A DNA stretch of 64,000 nucleotides, from positions 9,804 to 73,803 of the forward strand of contig JAHEBM010000008.1 of the NCBI GenBank assembly GCA_024642245.1, given 5' to 3'. The notes under the pieces are model-generated. The model was not told where the DNA came from. It did no database searches and saw only the letters and a program-made list of their open reading frames with translations. The position numbers and the translations under genes were made by a program. This document shows positions 1 through 9,119 of this stretch, piece by piece; the first letter of the stretch is position 1, and each line of letters opens with the position of its first letter. The stretch comes from Haliea sp. (GTDB lineage Bacteria > Pseudomonadota > Gammaproteobacteria > Pseudomonadales > Halieaceae).

Positions 1-59
1 CCGAGGCCGAGCTGACCGGGTATTACCTGCAGGATCGCGATTGGTTGGGCGAGGAATAA
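1..59 (+). CDS. 3' end of upstream gene, possibly coproporphyrinogen III oxidase (partial)
   Basis: Frame open from the left edge, reading ...EAELTGYYLQDRDWLGEE then TAA at 57-59. The RDW-type tail and the position directly upstream of aroE fit HemF in Pseudomonas-type gene order. Only 18 codons are visible. Confidence 0.3.
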   Translation, partial: EAELTGYYLQDRDWLGEE

Positions 60-78
60 TAAGAAGGACAAGCGGTAA

Positions 79-915
79 ATGAGTGGTATCGATAAATATG
101 CCGTGTTCGGCAACCCCATCAAGCACAGCAAATCGCCGCTGATTCACGCGGCTTTTGCCCAGCAGTGCGCCCAGCAATTGCAGTACCGGGCGGTGTTGGT
201 GCAACTGGATGGTTTTGAGCAGGCCGCCCGCAGGTTTTTCGAGCAGGGCGGCGCTGGTCTCAACGTGACGGTACCGTTCAAGCAGGAGGCCTTTGCATTT
301 TCCGACAGGCTCAGCGAGCGAGCCCGTCGCGCAGGCGCCGTGAATACGCTGACAATGTGTCCGGATGGCCAGGTTGAGGGCGACAACACGGACGGTATTG
401 GGCTTGTGCGGGATATGGTTGCCAACCTGGGCTGGGCGGTACAGGGTCTGCGTGTATTGATCCTCGGCGCGGGCGGTGCAGCCCGCGGGGTTCTCGAGCC
501 CCTGCTGCGGGAGAAACCCAGGGAGCTTCTTGTCGTCAACCGGACGCCAGGCAAGGCGCAGCAGCTGGTGACAGAGTTCGCCGATCTGGGCCCAATAGAG
601 GGCGGGGCCTACTCGCTGCTGGGAAACCGTTCCTTCGACCTGGTCATCAACGCGACCAGTGCCAGCCTCGGCGGGAAAATGCCCGAACTGCCCGGCTCGA
701 TACTGACCGAGCGCAGTTGTTGCTACGACCTGGTTTACAGTGCACAGCCGACGCCGTTCATGCGATGGGCTGCCCACCACGCGGCCTGGGCGGTGGCGGA
801 TGGCCTGGGCATGCTGGTGGAACAGGCCGCGCAATCCTTCTACATATGGCGACACCTGCGCCCCGAGACCGGGCCGGTGATACGGCAGATCAGGGAGACC
901 CTGGCGGCCGCCTGA
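79..915 (+). CDS. aroE: shikimate dehydrogenase
   Basis: 278 aa. Has the N-terminal YAVFGNPIKHSKSPLIH, NVTVPFK and GAGGAARG dinucleotide loop typical of AroE. Confidence 0.93.
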   Translation: MSGIDKYAVFGNPIKHSKSPLIHAAFAQQCAQQLQYRAVLVQLDGFEQAARRFFEQGGAGLNVTVPFKQEAFAFSDRLSERARRAGAVNTLTMCPDGQVEGDNTDGIGLVRDMVANLGWAVQGLRVLILGAGGAARGVLEPLLREKPRELLVVNRTPGKAQQLVTEFADLGPIEGGAYSLLGNRSFDLVINATSASLGGKMPELPGSILTERSCCYDLVYSAQPTPFMRWAAHHAAWAVADGLGMLVEQAAQSFYIWRHLRPETGPVIRQIRETLAAA

Positions 916-1476
916 TCAGTCGTCTTCAAGCGCAGCGATGTGCTGGTCCTTCAGTTTCACATAGTTACCGGCGCTGTAGCAAAAGTAGTCCATTTCCCTG
1001 TCGCTGAGCTCACGTATTTCCCGGGCGGGGCTGCCGGCGTAGAGAAAACCGCTGCGCAACCGTTTGCCCGGCGTTACCAGTGCTCCCGCGGCGACGACGA
1101 CATCGTCCTCTACCACGGCCCCGTCCATAATAGTGGCTCCCATCCCGACGAGCACCCTGTCGCCTACAATACAACCGTGCAGCGTGGCATTGTGGCCGAT
1201 AGTGACATCGCTGCCGATCTCCAGTGGCCAGCCGTCCGGGTTGTACGGGCCGGCATGGGTGATGTGCAACACGCAGCCGTCCTGTACGCTGGTGCGGGCG
1301 CCTACCCTCACGCGGTGCATGTCGCCCCGGATCGATACCTGGGGCCAGACGGAAACATCGTCTGCCAGCGCCACGTCACCCAGGACGACTGCACTGGGGT
1401 CGATCAGCACCCGCTTCCCGGTTACCGGCTGGTGGCCGCCAAAGCGGCGAACATTGCTTGGGCTGTGGTGTTTCAT
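916..1476 (-). CDS. gamma carbonic anhydrase-like hexapeptide-repeat protein (YrdA/PaaY family)
   Basis: 186 aa. Contains left-handed beta-helix repeats and the SIRGDxxxVxVGxxTSVQDGCVLH motif. Its stop codon abuts the aroE stop. Confidence 0.85.
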   Translation of the reverse strand: MKHHSPSNVRRFGGHQPVTGKRVLIDPSAVVLGDVALADDVSVWPQVSIRGDMHRVRVGARTSVQDGCVLHITHAGPYNPDGWPLEIGSDVTIGHNATLHGCIVGDRVLVGMGATIMDGAVVEDDVVVAAGALVTPGKRLRSGFLYAGSPAREIRELSDREMDYFCYSAGNYVKLKDQHIAALEDD

Positions 1477-1562
1477 CCATGGCGCTCCCGTGCTGAATAG
1501 CCTGATACAATACCCAGCGGCTTGCTTGCATGCCAGCTTGTTCCATTCATCGGAGAATACAG

Positions 1563-1847
1563 ATGCCAGTCGAGCCCGGTCGCCGTCGCTTCATAGCCGG
1601 AGCAGTTTGTCCGCGCTGCGCGTTGATGGACAAGATCGTGGTCGATCTGGATACCGACCAGCGGGAGTGCATTGCCTGCGGCTTCAAAGAGGCCCGTCCC
1701 GGCGCTGGACCCACCGTTGGGAAAGTCGAATTGCAGGGGCCTGCCGGCAATCCACGGGAGCTCCCCACCCGGGTCAGTCGGCCCGCTGCCCGCCGCGTGG
1801 AGACACCGGCAGAACCGGTCAGGCTGGTCGACCCCCGGAAGAAGTAA
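1563..1847 (+). CDS. yheV: YheV-family zinc-ribbon protein
   Basis: RRRFIAGAVCPRCALMDKI...ECIACGF matches the YheV pattern (RKRFIAGAKCPAC...ECVKCG). I chose the ATG at 1563; the track start at 1530 adds 11 unlikely residues. Confidence 0.75.
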   Translation: MPVEPGRRRFIAGAVCPRCALMDKIVVDLDTDQRECIACGFKEARPGAGPTVGKVELQGPAGNPRELPTRVSRPAARRVETPAEPVRLVDPRKK

Positions 1848-2489
1848 TTAACTTGCCTCGCTGGCCAGTCGCAACCTGATTCTGCGCGCGGACCAGGTCG
1901 CCTTATTGTATTTGAACAATTGCGCGGTAGGCGCGCTGCTTGCCGGAATGGCTCGCACCCTGGCCCAGACGTACTCTCGCTCAAGCAGTTTGGCAGCGGT
2001 ATCGTGCACCATCTGGTCCAGGCGGTTGGCCAGGTCATCACCCAGAAGGTGATGCACGATGACGTTGGCTTCCGTCATGTCAATCGGCAGGAGAGGTCGT
2101 TGCAGGTGCCTTATATGGTGATCGTTCACCTCCTCCAGCAGGCGATGGGCGAGAAATGCTTCATCCAGCAGGGCTTCAAGGCCTCCCCCCTGTGGCAGGT
2201 CGCCCGGTGGATTCAGGAAGTAATTTTCCGCCATATCCAGGAAGGGCTCTGCATAATCGTAAAACCCCATATGCTTGCTCACAGCGGCTACCAGCAGAAT
2301 GCAGCTGGGCACGCTCTCGACATATTCCCTGATAAATGCCAGCAGCCCCTCGACCGGGGCGTCCTCGGTTAGCACCAGCCTCTCCCGAAGCTGGGGTAGC
2401 CGCTCTTGCAGGCGCCGATGAAGATCGCCGGTTTTGGCCTCCGTCCGGACGGCGCTGCTGATTTTGTCCTTGATGATCGTTGCGACCAT
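1848..2489 (-). CDS. hypothetical protein, no domain recognised
   Basis: The ORF fills the gap cleanly. The only in-frame ATG is at 2489; the track start at 2519 is a TTG. Its stop TAA is directly adjacent to the yheV stop (TAATTA). I could identify no family motif. Confidence 0.55.
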   Translation of the reverse strand: MVATIIKDKISSAVRTEAKTGDLHRRLQERLPQLRERLVLTEDAPVEGLLAFIREYVESVPSCILLVAAVSKHMGFYDYAEPFLDMAENYFLNPPGDLPQGGGLEALLDEAFLAHRLLEEVNDHHIRHLQRPLLPIDMTEANVIVHHLLGDDLANRLDQMVHDTAAKLLEREYVWARVRAIPASSAPTAQLFKYNKATWSARRIRLRLASEAS

Positions 2490-2577
2490 GAATTTGCGAG
2501 GCCTGCTTCTGCTTGCCAAAGGGTATTGATCAGGCTAGTACATCCTGAGCAAACCGCTACCGGACGGCGCAATTACC

Positions 2578-2591
2578 TTGATCTTGATCTA
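2578..2591. promoter_or_regulatory. FNR/ANR-box-like palindrome TTGAT-cttg-ATCTA
   Basis: 9 of 10 matches to TTGAT-N4-ATCAA, in the divergent region between the hypothetical gene and coxB. A single site that could arise by chance. Confidence 0.2.
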
Positions 2592-2786
2592 GCAGACGGA
2601 CGAAAAATGCCAGGACAAGTGCGCTTGTAGGTGGTCGGGGAAGGTCCGGAGGACCGATCGGGGGCATATTTTGTGGTGGGAGAGGGTCTTTGCCTCTATA
2701 TCTGGGCAATCCCGGCAAAGGGTGAGGCTGGGCCGGGCCCCCGGGGCAAAGCGCGTAACCGAGTAGGCTTTATGCCCCAGATTCGC

Positions 2787-2792
2787 TATAAT
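2787..2792 (+). promoter_or_regulatory. candidate sigma70 -10 element (TATAAT) upstream of coxB
   Basis: Perfect TATAAT about 210 nt upstream of the coxB start. The -35 (TAGGCT at 17-nt spacing) is weak. Confidence 0.25.
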
Positions 2793-3004
2793 CCCCCCCG
2801 CTTAGCCCCAGCGACAAAATGTCGCACCTAAGGTGGCAAGTGCAGCTGACAAGTTCAAGCGGTGGTTAACGTTCCGGTCGCCCCTTATCCGGCGGTGTCT
2901 CGAAGTGCGTATCGCATAGTCGTCTTTGTGTTGTGACGACCCCCGGGGTCGCGCACAGTCAGTTGGGGGAATTATTATTTCAATACGAAATGGAGACACG
3001 GGAA

Positions 3005-4150
3005 ATGTGTTTTGAAGCGAAGCGGCTTTTAAAGCTCGCACTCGGTCCTGTGCTGATGCTGGTGAGTGCGGTTGTGCTGGCTTACGGCCCCGAGGTGAAC
3101 CAGGTCAACATGGCACCCGGGGTCACTGCGGTGGGCGAACGTATCTACGACCTGCACATGTGGATTCTTGGGGTCTGTACGGTGATCGGTGTCGGGGTGT
3201 TCGGGGTGATGTTCTACTCCATCATAAATCACCGTAAGTCAAAGGGCGCGGTGGCGTCACATTTTCATGAAAGCACCAAGGTGGAGATCGCCTGGACTGT
3301 CATACCATTTCTCATTCTTCTCGTCATGGCTGTACCGTCCACGTCTACACTGCTCGAAGTCTATAACAATGACGATGCCGAGATGGATATTCTGGTTACC
3401 GGCTTCCAGTGGAAATGGAAGTACGAATATATAGACGAAAGTGGCGAGAATGTAAGTTTTTTCAGTAATTTACGGACGCCCCAGAGCGAGATTCACAACG
3501 CCGATCCCAAGGGTGAGTACTACCTTCTGGAAGTGGACGAGCCCATGGTGATACCGGTGAATACCAAGGTTCGCTTCCTGATTACGGGGAACGACGTGAT
3601 TCACTCCTGGTGGGTACCTGATCTCGCCGTCAAGCGCGATGCGATCCCCGGTTTTATCAATGAGGCCTGGACCAAGGTGGACACCGTGGGTGTTTATCGT
3701 GGCCAGTGCGCCGAGCTTTGTGGCAAGGATCATGGATTCATGCCGATCGTGGTCAATGTCGTGAGCAAGGAAGACTACAGCCAGTGGTTGAGCGGCAAGC
3801 AGGCCGAGGCGGCAGCGATCAAGGAGCTCATGGCCCAGACTTTCACGCTTGATCAACAGGTAGAGCGTGGCAAGGCGGTTTACGAGCGCAGCTGTCTTGC
3901 CTGTCACGGCGCGAACGGTGAAGGCGGTGTTGGCAAGGCGATCGCGGGCAGCGCTATCGTCACCGGCGACATCAACAAGCACCTGGATGTTGGTATCAAC
4001 GGTGTTCCGGGTACGGCCATGCAGGCCTTTGGCGGCCAGCTGAACGATGTGGACATGGCAGCGGTGATCACTTACCAGCGCAATGCTTTCGGCAACAATA
4101 TGGGTGATATGGTCCAGCCCATTGATGTCTACAATCACAAAAAAGGCTAA
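3005..4150 (+). CDS. coxB: cytochrome c oxidase subunit II with C-terminal monoheme cytochrome c domain
   Basis: Two N-terminal TM helices. CuA site DVIHSWWVP...CAELCGKDHGFMP. C-terminal CLACHGANGEG heme c motif. I chose the ATG at 3005, which follows GGAGA; the track start at 2933 is upstream of the signal region. Confidence 0.92.
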   Translation: MCFEAKRLLKLALGPVLMLVSAVVLAYGPEVNQVNMAPGVTAVGERIYDLHMWILGVCTVIGVGVFGVMFYSIINHRKSKGAVASHFHESTKVEIAWTVIPFLILLVMAVPSTSTLLEVYNNDDAEMDILVTGFQWKWKYEYIDESGENVSFFSNLRTPQSEIHNADPKGEYYLLEVDEPMVIPVNTKVRFLITGNDVIHSWWVPDLAVKRDAIPGFINEAWTKVDTVGVYRGQCAELCGKDHGFMPIVVNVVSKEDYSQWLSGKQAEAAAIKELMAQTFTLDQQVERGKAVYERSCLACHGANGEGGVGKAIAGSAIVTGDINKHLDVGINGVPGTAMQAFGGQLNDVDMAAVITYQRNAFGNNMGDMVQPIDVYNHKKG

Positions 4151-4165
4151 TTGGAGGAGTTAACG

Positions 4166-5746
4166 ATGGGCGATCATCATCACGGTCCTGCCAAGGGCCT
4201 CAGTCGGTGGCTGTTTACCACTAACCATAAAGACATTGGAACCATGTACCTGTGGTTCTCTTTTTCCATGTTCATGCTGGGCGGCACCTTCGCCATGATT
4301 ATCCGGGCCGAGCTGTTCCAGCCCGGCTTGCAGCTTGTTGAACCGGCGTTTTTTAACCAGATGACAACGCTGCACGGCCTGATCATGGTATTTGGCGCCA
4401 TCATGCCGTCCTTCGTTGGTCTCGCCAACTGGCTGATTCCCATGATGATCGGAGCGCCGGATATGGCGTTGCCGCGGATGAATAACTGGAGCTTCTGGAT
4501 TCTTCCCCCGACCTTCCTGTTACTGGCATCCACACTGTTCATGGAAGGAGGCGCGCCGGCTGCCGGCTGGACCTTCTACGCACCTCTTTCCACAACCTAT
4601 GCGGCGCCCTCAGTCACGTTTTTCATTTTCTCGGTACACGTGCTGGGCCTGTCGTCGATTATGGGTTCAATCAATATCATCGCTACCGTAATGAACATGC
4701 GCGCTCCCGGCATGACCTACATGAAAATGCCGCTGTTTGTGTGGACCTGGCTGATTACCGCTTTCCTGCTGGTTGCGGTGATGCCTGTGCTTGCCGGGGC
4801 AGTGACCATGATGCTGATGGATGTGCATTTCGGTACCAGTTTCTTTTCTGCTGCTGGCGGCGGAGATCCGGTGCTGTTCCAGCACGTATTCTGGTTTTTC
4901 GGGCATCCCGAGGTATACATCATCATCCTGCCGGCGTTCGGCGTGGTATCACAGATTATCCCCGCCTTTTCCCGCAAGCCCCTGTTTGGCTATGACTCGA
5001 TGGTTTACGCGACCGCTTCGATCGCATTTCTGTCCTTCATCGTCTGGGCACACCACATGTATACGGTGGGCATGCCTGTCGCAGGCGAGCTGTTCTTCAT
5101 GTATGCCACCATGCTGATTGCCGTTCCCACTGGCGTAAAGGTATTTAACTGGGTAACCACCATGTGGCGTGGCTCGCTTTCATTCGAGACGCCCATGCTG
5201 TTCTGTATCGGGTTCCTGGTGTTGTTCACGATTGGCGGCTTTACCGGCCTTATGCTGGCCATCGCGCCTTCTGACTTCCAGTATCACGATACTTACTTTG
5301 TTGTCGCGCACTTCCATTACGTGATGGTGGCGGGCGCAGTGTTCAGCATGAGTGCGGCGATCTACTTCTGGCTGCCGAAGTGGTGTGGGCGTATGTACAA
5401 CGAGACCATGGGTAAAACCCACTTCTGGATCTCGTTCATCGGTTTCAACCTGGCCTTTTTCCCGCAGCACTTCGTGGGATTGGCGGGTATGCCGCGGCGT
5501 ATCCCGGACTATGCCCTGCAGTTTACGGATTTCAACATGATGTCCAGTATCGGCGCGTTCATTTACGGTCTGTCGCAGGTTCTCTTCCTGTACAATGTGA
5601 TTGCGACTATCGTTGCCGGTAAGCCGGTTTCGGACCCGAAAGTCTGGGACGGCGCGGAAGGGCTGGAGTGGACGATACCTACTCCCGCGCCCTACCATAC
5701 CTTCGAAACGCCACCGAAGATCGACCCGGCTCACGCGCACTCGTAG
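4166..5746 (+). CDS. coxA: cytochrome c oxidase subunit I
   Basis: 526 aa. WFFGHPEVYIIILPAFG and HHMYTVGM motifs of heme-copper oxidase subunit I. GGAGGAG sits 6 nt upstream of the ATG at 4166. Confidence 0.95.
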   Translation: MGDHHHGPAKGLSRWLFTTNHKDIGTMYLWFSFSMFMLGGTFAMIIRAELFQPGLQLVEPAFFNQMTTLHGLIMVFGAIMPSFVGLANWLIPMMIGAPDMALPRMNNWSFWILPPTFLLLASTLFMEGGAPAAGWTFYAPLSTTYAAPSVTFFIFSVHVLGLSSIMGSINIIATVMNMRAPGMTYMKMPLFVWTWLITAFLLVAVMPVLAGAVTMMLMDVHFGTSFFSAAGGGDPVLFQHVFWFFGHPEVYIIILPAFGVVSQIIPAFSRKPLFGYDSMVYATASIAFLSFIVWAHHMYTVGMPVAGELFFMYATMLIAVPTGVKVFNWVTTMWRGSLSFETPMLFCIGFLVLFTIGGFTGLMLAIAPSDFQYHDTYFVVAHFHYVMVAGAVFSMSAAIYFWLPKWCGRMYNETMGKTHFWISFIGFNLAFFPQHFVGLAGMPRRIPDYALQFTDFNMMSSIGAFIYGLSQVLFLYNVIATIVAGKPVSDPKVWDGAEGLEWTIPTPAPYHTFETPPKIDPAHAHS

Positions 5747-5760
5747 GTGATATTTTTCAC

Positions 5761-6324
5761 GTGATTCGATTGAGCAAAAACCCGAGCACCGACACCGCGA
5801 CCAAGCTGGTCGTGGTGGCTGTGCTGATGTTCGCTTTTGTATTCGTGGTAATGGTGCCGCTATATAACGTGCTGTGTGATGCCCTGGGCATCAATGGCAA
5901 GACCAATGGTGAGGCCTATACCTCGGTGCAGGCGGGCGGGGTTGATGAGAGCAGGCTGGTTACTATCCAGTTCGTGGCGACCCGGAACGAGGGCATGCCC
6001 TGGGAGTTCGGGCCCTCGGTTTCGACAATGAAGGTGCACCCGGGCGCAGTCAACGATACCCTGTTCCGCGCTCGCAATACCCTTGCGAAGGATATGGTGG
6101 CGCAGGCTATCCCGAGTATCTCACCTTCACGGGCCGTGCAATATTTCCACAAGACGGAGTGTTTCTGTTTTAACCAGCAGCCACTGGCCGCCGGGGCCGC
6201 AGCAGAATTGCCGCTGCAGTACATCGTCGATCGGGACTTGCCAAAAGACATTCACACAATCACCCTGTCCTATACCATTTTTGATGTAACAGATATGGCG
6301 AAGGGCGCTGTCGCTACTCGCTGA
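5761..6324 (+). CDS. ctaG: cytochrome c oxidase assembly protein CtaG/Cox11
   Basis: One TM helix, then the Cox11 core with the CFCF copper motif (HKTECFCFNQQ). I chose the GTG start at 5761, just after the coxA stop. Confidence 0.85.
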   Translation: MIRLSKNPSTDTATKLVVVAVLMFAFVFVVMVPLYNVLCDALGINGKTNGEAYTSVQAGGVDESRLVTIQFVATRNEGMPWEFGPSVSTMKVHPGAVNDTLFRARNTLAKDMVAQAIPSISPSRAVQYFHKTECFCFNQQPLAAGAAAELPLQYIVDRDLPKDIHTITLSYTIFDVTDMAKGAVATR

Positions 6325-6370
6325 CGCCCGGGCTTTCGAGCCGGGGCTACCTACACGGAGAACGTACAAG

Positions 6371-7345
6371 ATGACAAGTCAGACTTCCGCAGGGTACGAA
6401 AAGTATTACGTACCAGAGAAGAGCCGGCTGGCCGCATGCGCCACCATAGGCCTGATCCTGAGCATTTTTGGTGCCGCCAACATCATGAATGACATGACCT
6501 TTGGCGACCCCGGGCAGGAGACCAGCTCCTGGACCATTTTCACACTGGGCATACTGTTTTTCCTGGCCACGCTATTCAGCTGGTTTCGGGTGACCATCAA
6601 GGAGAATATCGCGGGCATGAACAGCGCCCAGCTGAAAAAATCCTACGTCCTGGGTATGTTCTGGTTTATTTTTTCTGAAGTCATGTTCTTCTTTACCTTC
6701 TTCGGCGCCCTGTTTTTCGTGCGTAATCTTGTCGGTCCCTGGTTGGCTGGCGAGGGAGAAGGCGGCCGCATGAATGGTCTTTTGTGGGAAGGTTTCACAT
6801 TCAGCTGGCCGATGATGCAAACGCCCCAGGAAGCGGTAGGTGGGGCCGGCGCGCAGCTCATGGCCAATAACGGCTCGTTTACCAGTGCCCATACCAGCAT
6901 GTCGTTCAGGGATGCGCATTCGTGGTGGGCCTGGCTGCCCCTGTGGAATACCATAATCCTGCTGTCATCCAGTTTTACCTGCCATATCGCGCACATGGGT
7001 ATCCTCAGCGGCAACCGCAAGAAGTTCAACCTGTGGCTGGCTATTACCGTACTCCTGGGCCTGGCTTTCGTTTACCTGCAGGCCGTGGAATACCATGAGG
7101 CCTACGTCGAGTTCGGGCTTACCCTGAATGCCGGCATCTACGGCTCAACATTTTTCATGCTGACTGGCTTCCACGGCTTTCACGTGATGATGGGCGCCAC
7201 GATGCTCCTGATCCAGCTGCTGCGCTCGGTGCTCGGTGGCCAGTTCACCGCTGACGACCACTTTGGCTTCGAGGCGTCCAGCTGGTACTGGCACTTTGTG
7301 GACGTGGTGTGGGTGTTCCTGTTCCTGTTTGTTTACATCCTTTAG
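6371..7345 (+). CDS. coxC: cytochrome c oxidase subunit III
   Basis: 324 aa polytopic membrane protein. The C-terminal FGFEASSWYWHFVDVVWVFLF is typical of subunit III. Confidence 0.92.
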   Translation: MTSQTSAGYEKYYVPEKSRLAACATIGLILSIFGAANIMNDMTFGDPGQETSSWTIFTLGILFFLATLFSWFRVTIKENIAGMNSAQLKKSYVLGMFWFIFSEVMFFFTFFGALFFVRNLVGPWLAGEGEGGRMNGLLWEGFTFSWPMMQTPQEAVGGAGAQLMANNGSFTSAHTSMSFRDAHSWWAWLPLWNTIILLSSSFTCHIAHMGILSGNRKKFNLWLAITVLLGLAFVYLQAVEYHEAYVEFGLTLNAGIYGSTFFMLTGFHGFHVMMGATMLLIQLLRSVLGGQFTADDHFGFEASSWYWHFVDVVWVFLFLFVYIL

Positions 7346-7351
7346 GGACTC

Positions 7352-7606
7352 TTACTCAGAAATCGATTGCTGGGATGCATCGGGCTCCGGCCCGACATCC
7401 CAGGGATTGCGATGACCCAGTTGACCGGTGGCAATGCCGTAGACTATGACGGCGGCCAGGCCAATGGCCAGGGCCAGCCTGACCCCCAGTGAATGCAGGG
7501 TGCGGCGCTTGTTTTTGTCGCCCTGGTCTGTCATCAGGAAATAGAAACCGCTTCCCAGGCTGGCAATCAGCGCCAGCATCAATATTACGATCACAACTTT
7601 CAGCAA
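7352..7606 (-). CDS. small two-TM membrane protein associated with cox clusters (DUF2909-like)
   Basis: 84 aa from a TTG start preceded by AGGAGA. Two hydrophobic helices. The rest of the 171-aa track ORF overlaps the SURF1 upstream region and looks spurious. Confidence 0.6.
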   Translation of the reverse strand: MLKVVIVILMLALIASLGSGFYFLMTDQGDKNKRRTLHSLGVRLALAIGLAAVIVYGIATGQLGHRNPWDVGPEPDASQQSISE

Positions 7607-7675
7607 TGGAATTCTCCTTGGGTAACCGATTGCATTATAAACCAGCTGGGCCGGTCCGGTCCGGGGTCGGCTGAA

Positions 7676-8446
7676 ATGCCTGTCGCGGGCAGCGGACTCA
7701 GGTTCCAGCTCGAATGGCGCATCACCCTGTTTACCCTGGTGCTGGTGTCCTTGATGACGGGCCTCGGCTTCTGGCAGTTGCAGCGGGCGGAAGAAAAAGC
7801 GGCACTGGCCGCTTCCTGGGAGTTTCGGCAAAACCAACCGCCGGTGGCTATCGAAAGCCTTTGGCACGCCCCGGCCGCCACCCTGGCCTATGTGCCGGTG
7901 AGGCTCTCCGGTGTCTTCGACCCGGACAAATTTTTCCTGCTGGATAACCGGGTGAATGCTGGCAGGTTTGGCTACGAGGTGCTGGGTATTGTGCAGCTGG
8001 ACGGGGGTCAGCAGCGGGTGCTGGTTAATCGTGGCTGGCTGCCCGGTGACCCTGCCCGGCTCGAATTACCAGTCGTGCCCGCGGTCATGGGCCGAGTGGA
8101 GCTCGTGGGCCACGTGTACGTGGCGCCGGGAACGCCTTACCTGCTCGGGGAGCAGCAGCTGGGTGATACCTGGCCGAAGCTGTTACAGGCGGTAGAGATG
8201 GATAAGGTCGGGGCGGCCCTTGGTGCACCTGTAGCCGACGCCTTTTTCCGCTACCCAGTGCGAATAGCGGCCGGACAGCCCGGCGCCCTTGCAGTCGACT
8301 GGCAGGTGGTAAACATGAGCCCTGATAAGCACCGTGCATACGCTGCGCAATGGTTTACCATGGCGTTGGTTCTGTTGCTTTTTTACCTGTTTCGCAGCAG
8401 CAACCTCTGGCAATGGATCAAGCGAAAGGACCAGGCGGGATACTAG
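7676..8446 (+). CDS. SURF1 family cytochrome oxidase biogenesis protein
   Basis: TLVLVSLMTGLGFWQLQRAEEK...VNRGW...RAYAAQWFTMAL is the SURF1 signature, with TM helices at both ends. I chose the ATG at 7676. Confidence 0.88.
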   Translation: MPVAGSGLRFQLEWRITLFTLVLVSLMTGLGFWQLQRAEEKAALAASWEFRQNQPPVAIESLWHAPAATLAYVPVRLSGVFDPDKFFLLDNRVNAGRFGYEVLGIVQLDGGQQRVLVNRGWLPGDPARLELPVVPAVMGRVELVGHVYVAPGTPYLLGEQQLGDTWPKLLQAVEMDKVGAALGAPVADAFFRYPVRIAAGQPGALAVDWQVVNMSPDKHRAYAAQWFTMALVLLLFYLFRSSNLWQWIKRKDQAGY

Positions 8447-9106
8447 ATGAACGATATGGACAAGCGAACAAATAACCGCATGGTGCTGCTGCTGATCGCC
8501 GGGATTCCCGTGATCATAATCCTCAGTGCTACCTGGGTGTGGTATTTTGTCGTGCGCGGTGATCTCGACCTGGTGGGAGTGTTGGGCACCGCCAACCGGG
8601 GTACCCTGGTGCAACCGCCCCGGCAAATCGACGATGCGGTAATCCTGGAGCCAGGTGGAGCCCGCTTCAGGTACGCTGACCTGAAACCCCGGTGGACCAT
8701 GGTGATTCCGGCGCCCGGAAGTGATTGTGGCACCAGTTGTGAAAATGCCCTGTATCTGACCCGGCAGATCCACACGGCGCTGGGCAAGGAGTTCAACCGC
8801 ATCAGGCGAATCTATATCAGCGATACCGCCCCTGGAGATACCCGGTTGACGGTGCGCGAACTCAGTGACAAACACCCGGTCCCGGACAGCTTCGCGCAAT
8901 TCCTGGAACAGGATCATCGCGGTTTGTTGCCGCTGGTGTTGGCGCCCGATGAAATGGATAAATTGTTTGCTGAGTACCGGCATGAGCCCGGCACCTGGTA
9001 CCTTGTTGACCCCTCGGGCTGGATCATGATGTCCTACAACAGCAGTATTTCGTACAAGGATGTAATGGCTGATCTCAAGTTTCTCCTGAACAACTCCAGT
9101 GAGTGA
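8447..9106 (+). CDS. membrane-anchored SCO/thioredoxin-like CxxxC protein (cox-cluster hypothetical)
   Basis: N-terminal TM anchor. [23 protein letters not shown] parallels [23 protein letters not shown] of the SCO protein at 10010. The copper-ligand His position reads VDPSG rather than VDHS. Confidence 0.6.
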   Translation: MNDMDKRTNNRMVLLLIAGIPVIIILSATWVWYFVVRGDLDLVGVLGTANRGTLVQPPRQIDDAVILEPGGARFRYADLKPRWTMVIPAPGSDCGTSCENALYLTRQIHTALGKEFNRIRRIYISDTAPGDTRLTVRELSDKHPVPDSFAQFLEQDHRGLLPLVLAPDEMDKLFAEYRHEPGTWYLVDPSGWIMMSYNSSISYKDVMADLKFLLNNSSE

Positions 9107-9119
9107 GCGGAGCAAGGCG

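Noticed and set aside
2631-2831. 66-aa ORF in the coxB upstream region
   Set aside because: No SD sequence, Gly/Pro-rich composition, and it spans the candidate promoter. More likely non-coding.
8188-8195. GGCGGTAG, identical to the RfaH ops element
   Set aside because: It lies inside the SURF1 coding region, far from any polysaccharide operon leader. I saw no JUMPstart-like context, and none upstream of waaF, rfbD, rfbA or the glycosyltransferase.
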